Below, piece after piece: positions 17,506-24,000 of a stretch of 24,000 nt of DNA (position 1 is its first letter; the number at the start of each line of letters is the position of its first letter). The position numbers were made by a program, and so were the translations under genes. The notes below the pieces were generated by a model. The model was not told where the DNA came from. It saw nothing but the letters and a program-made list of their open reading frames with translations, and made no database searches. The stretch is from Rhodospirillales bacterium (lineage in GTDB: Bacteria; Pseudomonadota; Gammaproteobacteria; Steroidobacterales; Rariloculaceae): the NCBI GenBank assembly GCA_024640665.1, contig JAHEEO010000002.1, positions 3,875 to 27,874 on the forward strand. The letters run 5' to 3'.

Positions 17506-18071
17506 ATGACGATCGCTAGCAATATTATTCCGACGACAGCCCAACCGATGGCATCGACATATCGTCGCAGCAAGCCTTCCATTTTTTCGCCGCCGAAGAC
17601 AATCATACCGGCGACAAGAAAGAACCGGGCCCCGCGCCCCAGGCACGAGGCGATAAGAAAGCCAGGGAAAAACATGTGCAAAGCGCCACCGGCAATCGTA
17701 AATATCTTATATGGGATCGGCGAAAACCCGGCTGCGAGTATTGCAAAAAACCCCCAGCGATCGAACCACTGCGTTGCGCGCGAAAAAACCTCAGCGTACC
17801 CCAATGACTCGATAAACGGCCCAACCGCATCGATCGCGAACCAGCCGATTAAATAACCAGCCACACCACCGATCACGGAAGCTACTGTGGTCAGCGTCGC
17901 GTATCGCCAACCCCGATCCGGTCGTGCTAGCGTCATTGGCGCAAGCATGACGTCTGGCGGAACCGGGAAAAAAGACGACTCCGCAAAACTCAGCGCGGCC
18001 AAATACCTTTCGGCATGGCGGTGCTTTGACCAGGTAAGTACCCGCTCATATAGCGCTGAAAAGACCTTCAC
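17490..18071 (-). CDS. yqaA: YqaA-family (DedA-related) inner-membrane protein
   Basis: AESSFFPVPPDVMLAPM matches the YqaA/COG1238 signature, and several TM helices are present. GTG 18071 overlaps the pcm stop as GTGA. The track start at 18155 lies inside pcm. Confidence 0.8.
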   Translation of the reverse strand: MKVFSALYERVLTWSKHRHAERYLAALSFAESSFFPVPPDVMLAPMTLARPDRGWRYATLTTVASVIGGVAGYLIGWFAIDAVGPFIESLGYAEVFSRATQWFDRWGFFAILAAGFSPIPYKIFTIAGGALHMFFPGFLIASCLGRGARFFLVAGMIVFGGEKMEGLLRRYVDAIGWAVVGIILLAIVIWQLR

Positions 18072-18760
18072 CGCGCCATACCTGGCACAAACGGGACAAA
18101 ACTCACATCGGCAATGATGCGGCGACTGAACTGCTCTCCAGTACGCGTAATACAAGCCAAGACCTGTGCTCCATGCTTGCCCACCGGAATCACCAGACGC
18201 CCGCCTTCATCCAATTGATCCAGCAAATCGCGCGGCACGCCGGCAGAGGCCGCAGCAACGATAATCCGCTGAAATGGCGCCTGACTGCGCCAGCCATGCC
18301 AGCCGTCTGCATAACGGACACTGACATTGTGAACACCGACTTTTCGCAGCGTCCGCTGTGCCCTTTCAACCAGCGGCAGGATCCTCTCTACGCTGTAGAC
18401 ATGCCGCGCAAATGGCGCCAGTACGGCGGTTTGATAACCGCAACCGGTACCAATCTCCAGAACTCGCGGCGGCTTCTCACCCTGATCCGGCCCCTCGAAC
18501 AGAGCGTCCGTCATCATGGCCACGACGAAAGGCTGCGATATAGTCTGGCCATGACCGATTGGCAATGCGGTGTCTTCGTAAGCACGACTTGCCAAAGCTT
18601 CGTCGACAAACAGATGCCTCGGTACCGAGCGCATGTGGGCGAGCACAAGCTCGTTGCTGATTCCCTGCGCGCGCAAGCGATCGATTAGACGGTCGCGTGT
18701 GCGCGCCGATGTCATACCGACGCCGACTTGTTCGACTGGCGTCACAGCTGCTTCAGCCAT
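18068..18760 (-). CDS. pcm: Protein-L-isoaspartate O-methyltransferase
   Basis: An SAM-binding motif ([16 protein letters not shown]) and the TISQP motif are present. The start is ATG 18760 (19 nt overlap with surE) or ATG 18715 ([19 protein letters not shown], closer to the E. coli N-terminus). Confidence 0.93.
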   Translation of the reverse strand: MAEAAVTPVEQVGVGMTSARTRDRLIDRLRAQGISNELVLAHMRSVPRHLFVDEALASRAYEDTALPIGHGQTISQPFVVAMMTDALFEGPDQGEKPPRVLEIGTGCGYQTAVLAPFARHVYSVERILPLVERAQRTLRKVGVHNVSVRYADGWHGWRSQAPFQRIIVAAASAGVPRDLLDQLDEGGRLVIPVGKHGAQVLACITRTGEQFSRRIIADVSFVPFVPGMAR

Positions 18761-19491
18761 TCGTCAATCGATGCCATCGCGCGATGGTCCGTGAGGTCAA
18801 CTTTTAGAGGCGTTACAGATACGTACCCTGACTCAATCGCATGGAAATCCGTGCCTGGTCCGGCATCCTGCCCAGCCCCGGCGGGCCCCACCCAATAAAT
18901 TGGCTGCTGCTTTGGGTCACGCGCCTTGATGACAGGCTCGGATTTGTGGCGGAAGCCCAAGCGTGTTGTCTTGATTCCTTGCACTGATTCAAGCGGCAGG
19001 TCTGGGACATTGACGTTCAAAATCGTGTCGCGGGGCAACGGCCGATCGCCGATCAACGGCTCAATTAACCGACGTGCCGTCGCAGCCGCCGCAATGTAAT
19101 TGCCACCGTCTTTCAATACCAACGACAACGCAATAGCCGGCAAGCCCAAGAAACGCCCTTCCATCGCCGCGGCGACCGTGCCGGAATACAAGACGTCATC
19201 GCCCAAATTAGCGCCTTGGTTGATGCCGGATACGACCATATCGGGCTCCGCATCCAAGAGGCCGGTTATCGCAACATGAACGCAGTCGGTCGGGGTTCCA
19301 TTGACCGAATAAGTATTCGCGTCAATCTGCTGTACGCGCAATGGTGAATCTAGCGTCAGAGAATTACTGGCGCCGCTGCGGTTACGATCCGGCGCGACGA
19401 CCGTTACGGTTGCAAATTTGGCAAGTTCCACCCGCAGAGCCGCGAGTCCGACCGAGAAATAACCATCATCATTCGAAAGCAAGATATGCAA
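18742..19491 (-). CDS. surE: 5'/3'-nucleotidase SurE
   Basis: The 249 aa ORF has the N-terminal signature [15 protein letters not shown] and [24 protein letters not shown]. Confidence 0.95.
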   Translation of the reverse strand: MHILLSNDDGYFSVGLAALRVELAKFATVTVVAPDRNRSGASNSLTLDSPLRVQQIDANTYSVNGTPTDCVHVAITGLLDAEPDMVVSGINQGANLGDDVLYSGTVAAAMEGRFLGLPAIALSLVLKDGGNYIAAAATARRLIEPLIGDRPLPRDTILNVNVPDLPLESVQGIKTTRLGFRHKSEPVIKARDPKQQPIYWVGPAGAGQDAGPGTDFHAIESGYVSVTPLKVDLTDHRAMASIDEWLKQL

Positions 19492-19558
19492 ACCCGGGAA
19501 CCTTATATAGGCCAGCCAATCAGTAAACTATACTGGAAGCTCTAATGTCGAGAACACC

Positions 19559-20080
19559 ATGACAGACGACGAAGAACGGCGCGCGTTCCTCGACGCCATA
19601 CGGGACGTCCGCCCACTCAAGGAAAGTAACCGAGTCGCGCCCAAGCCGAAGCGGCCAAGCCCCAAAGCCCGCAGCCGGCGCGCCGCTGACGCCGAAGTGC
19701 TCGTGGACAGCCTGCGAGGCCACTGGTTAGAGGGCTTGCAGGGAGAGGTTTGGTTCGCGCGACCACACCTACCTGACCGAATTCTACGCCGCCTTCGGAG
19801 CGGCCAATACAGCATAGAAGCGGAACTCGATTTACACGGCCTGACACGTAATGGCGCCCGTTCAGCAGTGCGCGATTTCTTGCGAGAATGCGCAAACCAG
19901 CAGGTGGGCTGCGCCCGAATCATTCACGGCAAAGGCAGCCGATCCGGCCCCGGCGGCCCGGTGCTGAAGGAGGCCGTTCAAAACTGGCTTACGCAATGGG
20001 ACGAGGTATTGGGATACGCATCTGCAGGGCCTCGGCACGGCGGCAATGGTGCGGTTATCGTCTTACTCAGACGCCGCTGA
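19559..20080 (+). CDS. smrA: Smr-domain DNA endonuclease (SmrA/YdaL-like)
   Basis: The 173 aa ORF has Smr motifs LDLHG and IIHGKG, HGGNGAV near the C-terminus, and an N-terminal FLDAIRDVRPL like E. coli SmrA (FLDAMEDVQPL). Confidence 0.85.
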   Translation: MTDDEERRAFLDAIRDVRPLKESNRVAPKPKRPSPKARSRRAADAEVLVDSLRGHWLEGLQGEVWFARPHLPDRILRRLRSGQYSIEAELDLHGLTRNGARSAVRDFLRECANQQVGCARIIHGKGSRSGPGGPVLKEAVQNWLTQWDEVLGYASAGPRHGGNGAVIVLLRRR

Positions 20081-20362
20081 GTCTAAGCTCCCCGAACCTG
20101 TAATCAAGTAGAAGGTTTCATCTCGCCCGATCATGCCGAGCTCCGTGCGGGCGCGCTCTTCAACGGCAGCCAACCCCTGCTTAAGATCGTCAACCTCCGC
20201 TTCCAGTGCAGCGTTGCGTGCCGATTTGTCAGCATTTTCAGCAGTTGTTTGCGCGACGGCCTCTGCCAGCGTCCATGCCTCGCGGATTCCGCTTTCAGAA
20301 AGCCACAGTTGATACTGCAGCAACGCAAAAACCAGAGCCAATGTGACAACTAAAGCGCGCAT
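20063..20362 (-). CDS. ftsB: Cell division protein FtsB
   Basis: The 99 aa ORF has an N-terminal TM (LVVTLALVFALLQYQLW), a coiled coil and ARTELGMIGRDETFY, typical of FtsB. It lies immediately downstream of eno. Confidence 0.87.
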   Translation of the reverse strand: MRALVVTLALVFALLQYQLWLSESGIREAWTLAEAVAQTTAENADKSARNAALEAEVDDLKQGLAAVEERARTELGMIGRDETFYLITGSGSLDSAASE

Positions 20363-20370
20363 CGCGAAAC

Positions 20371-21654
<1,284 letters not shown>

Positions 21655-21695
21655 CTATGCTCCTCGGCGAAAAAACATTGCTTCGGTAAGTGGCC

Positions 21696-23363
<1,668 letters not shown>

Positions 23364-23515
23364 TTAATTCGCGACGTGAGGGGCAGCGACGTTGCGCTAT
23401 CAGCCCGCCTCGCGAACCCGGTGACCCGGCACCATGGAGACGGGGCTACAAAGTATCAAAACTCGCGCGCTGGCTCCAGCCCATTCCGCGGCTCAAAGGG
23501 CTTAGCAGCTATAAA

Positions 23516-24000
23516 CTAACGAATTCGCGGATGGTTGCGCCAAACAACCCGCCAGGCTCGCTCCGATTGCGACGCCTGACGCGCAATCTCACCGAGGCAA
23601 ATATCCGCAATAGCAACCAATTCACCGCCCCGATAAATGAGCGGCAGCCTGTCGCGCATCCACGGGACGATCCGGGCCTGGCGACACCACTCCTTCAATG
23701 CCAGCGCGCGTTCGCCGCCAGCTGGCTGAAAACGCTCACCGCCTTGTCGGAACCGCACGACGAGGCCGTCATTGACCCAGCTATTGGGCAAGCCGGCCCC
23801 TGCAGAAGGCATCAGCTCCAAAGTTCCGGCAGCACTGTCCAGCACAATCGAGTCAGCAAGTTGCTGCGGCCTCAGGCCCGCTGCGTCGGCAAGTGGCGGC
23901 AACAAGAACAGTGCCCCCGCATACACTCTAGCAGCCCCGCCCGGCCATTGAACCGCGCCGCCCCCCGCCGGCTGCGCAAGCAGTTCCTCAATGCGTCCCA
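23516..24000 (-). CDS. tilS: tRNA(Ile)-lysidine synthase, C-terminal part (5' end beyond window)
   Basis: LKEWCRQARIVPWMRDRLPLIYRGGELVAI matches the TilS C-terminal domain. By my manual translation the frame stays open upstream of the track's GTG 23926 right to position 24000 (...LRNCLRSRRGGGAVQWPGGAARVYAGAL). It lies upstream of pyrG, which I recall (from memory, not checked) as the accA-tilS-pyrG order in Pseudomonas. Confidence 0.8.
   Translation of the reverse strand, partial: GRIEELLAQPAGGGAVQWPGGAARVYAGALFLLPPLADAAGLRPQQLADSIVLDSAAGTLELMPSAGAGLPNSWVNDGLVVRFRQGGERFQPAGGERALALKEWCRQARIVPWMRDRLPLIYRGGELVAIADICLGEIARQASQSERAWRVVWRNHPRIR

Overview
This window looks like ordinary, densely packed core chromosome with gammaproteobacterial-type synteny. 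About 90% is coding and 27 of 29 genes are on the minus strand. I found no tRNA or rRNA genes, CRISPR arrays, transposases, integrases or defence-type genes. I could not find a convincing novel multi-gene system. Read in transcription order, the minus strand carries these blocks. (1) tilS (5' end outside the window), pyrG, eno and ftsB. (2) surE, pcm, a yqaA-like gene and nlpD. (3) recJ, prfB and lysS, where prfB carries the classical programmed +1 frameshift. (4) sdhCDAB followed directly by sdhE and a ygfX-like membrane protein gene, with ygfZ divergent upstream on the plus strand. (5) A tightly coupled run of rpoE, rseA, rseB, rseC, a glutaredoxin-like gene, lepA, lepB, a DUF4845 gene and rnc. 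The other plus-strand genes are an Mth938/DUF498-like gene and smrA. Many longest ORFs in the supplied track carry spurious N-terminal extensions, so I re-placed starts using homologue N-termini, Shine-Dalgarno (SD) sequences and neighbouring stop codons. Points worth a second look: the only ATG/GTG/TTG start of sdhE lies downstream of its conserved RGxxE motif; SDH maturation genes (ygfZ, sdhE, ygfX) are wrapped around sdhCDAB; a CxxC thioredoxin-fold gene is translationally coupled between rseC and lepA; a yqaA-like gene sits between pcm and nlpD and no rpoS follows nlpD; and the Mth938-like gene has an ambiguous start with a strong out-of-frame SD-ATG.
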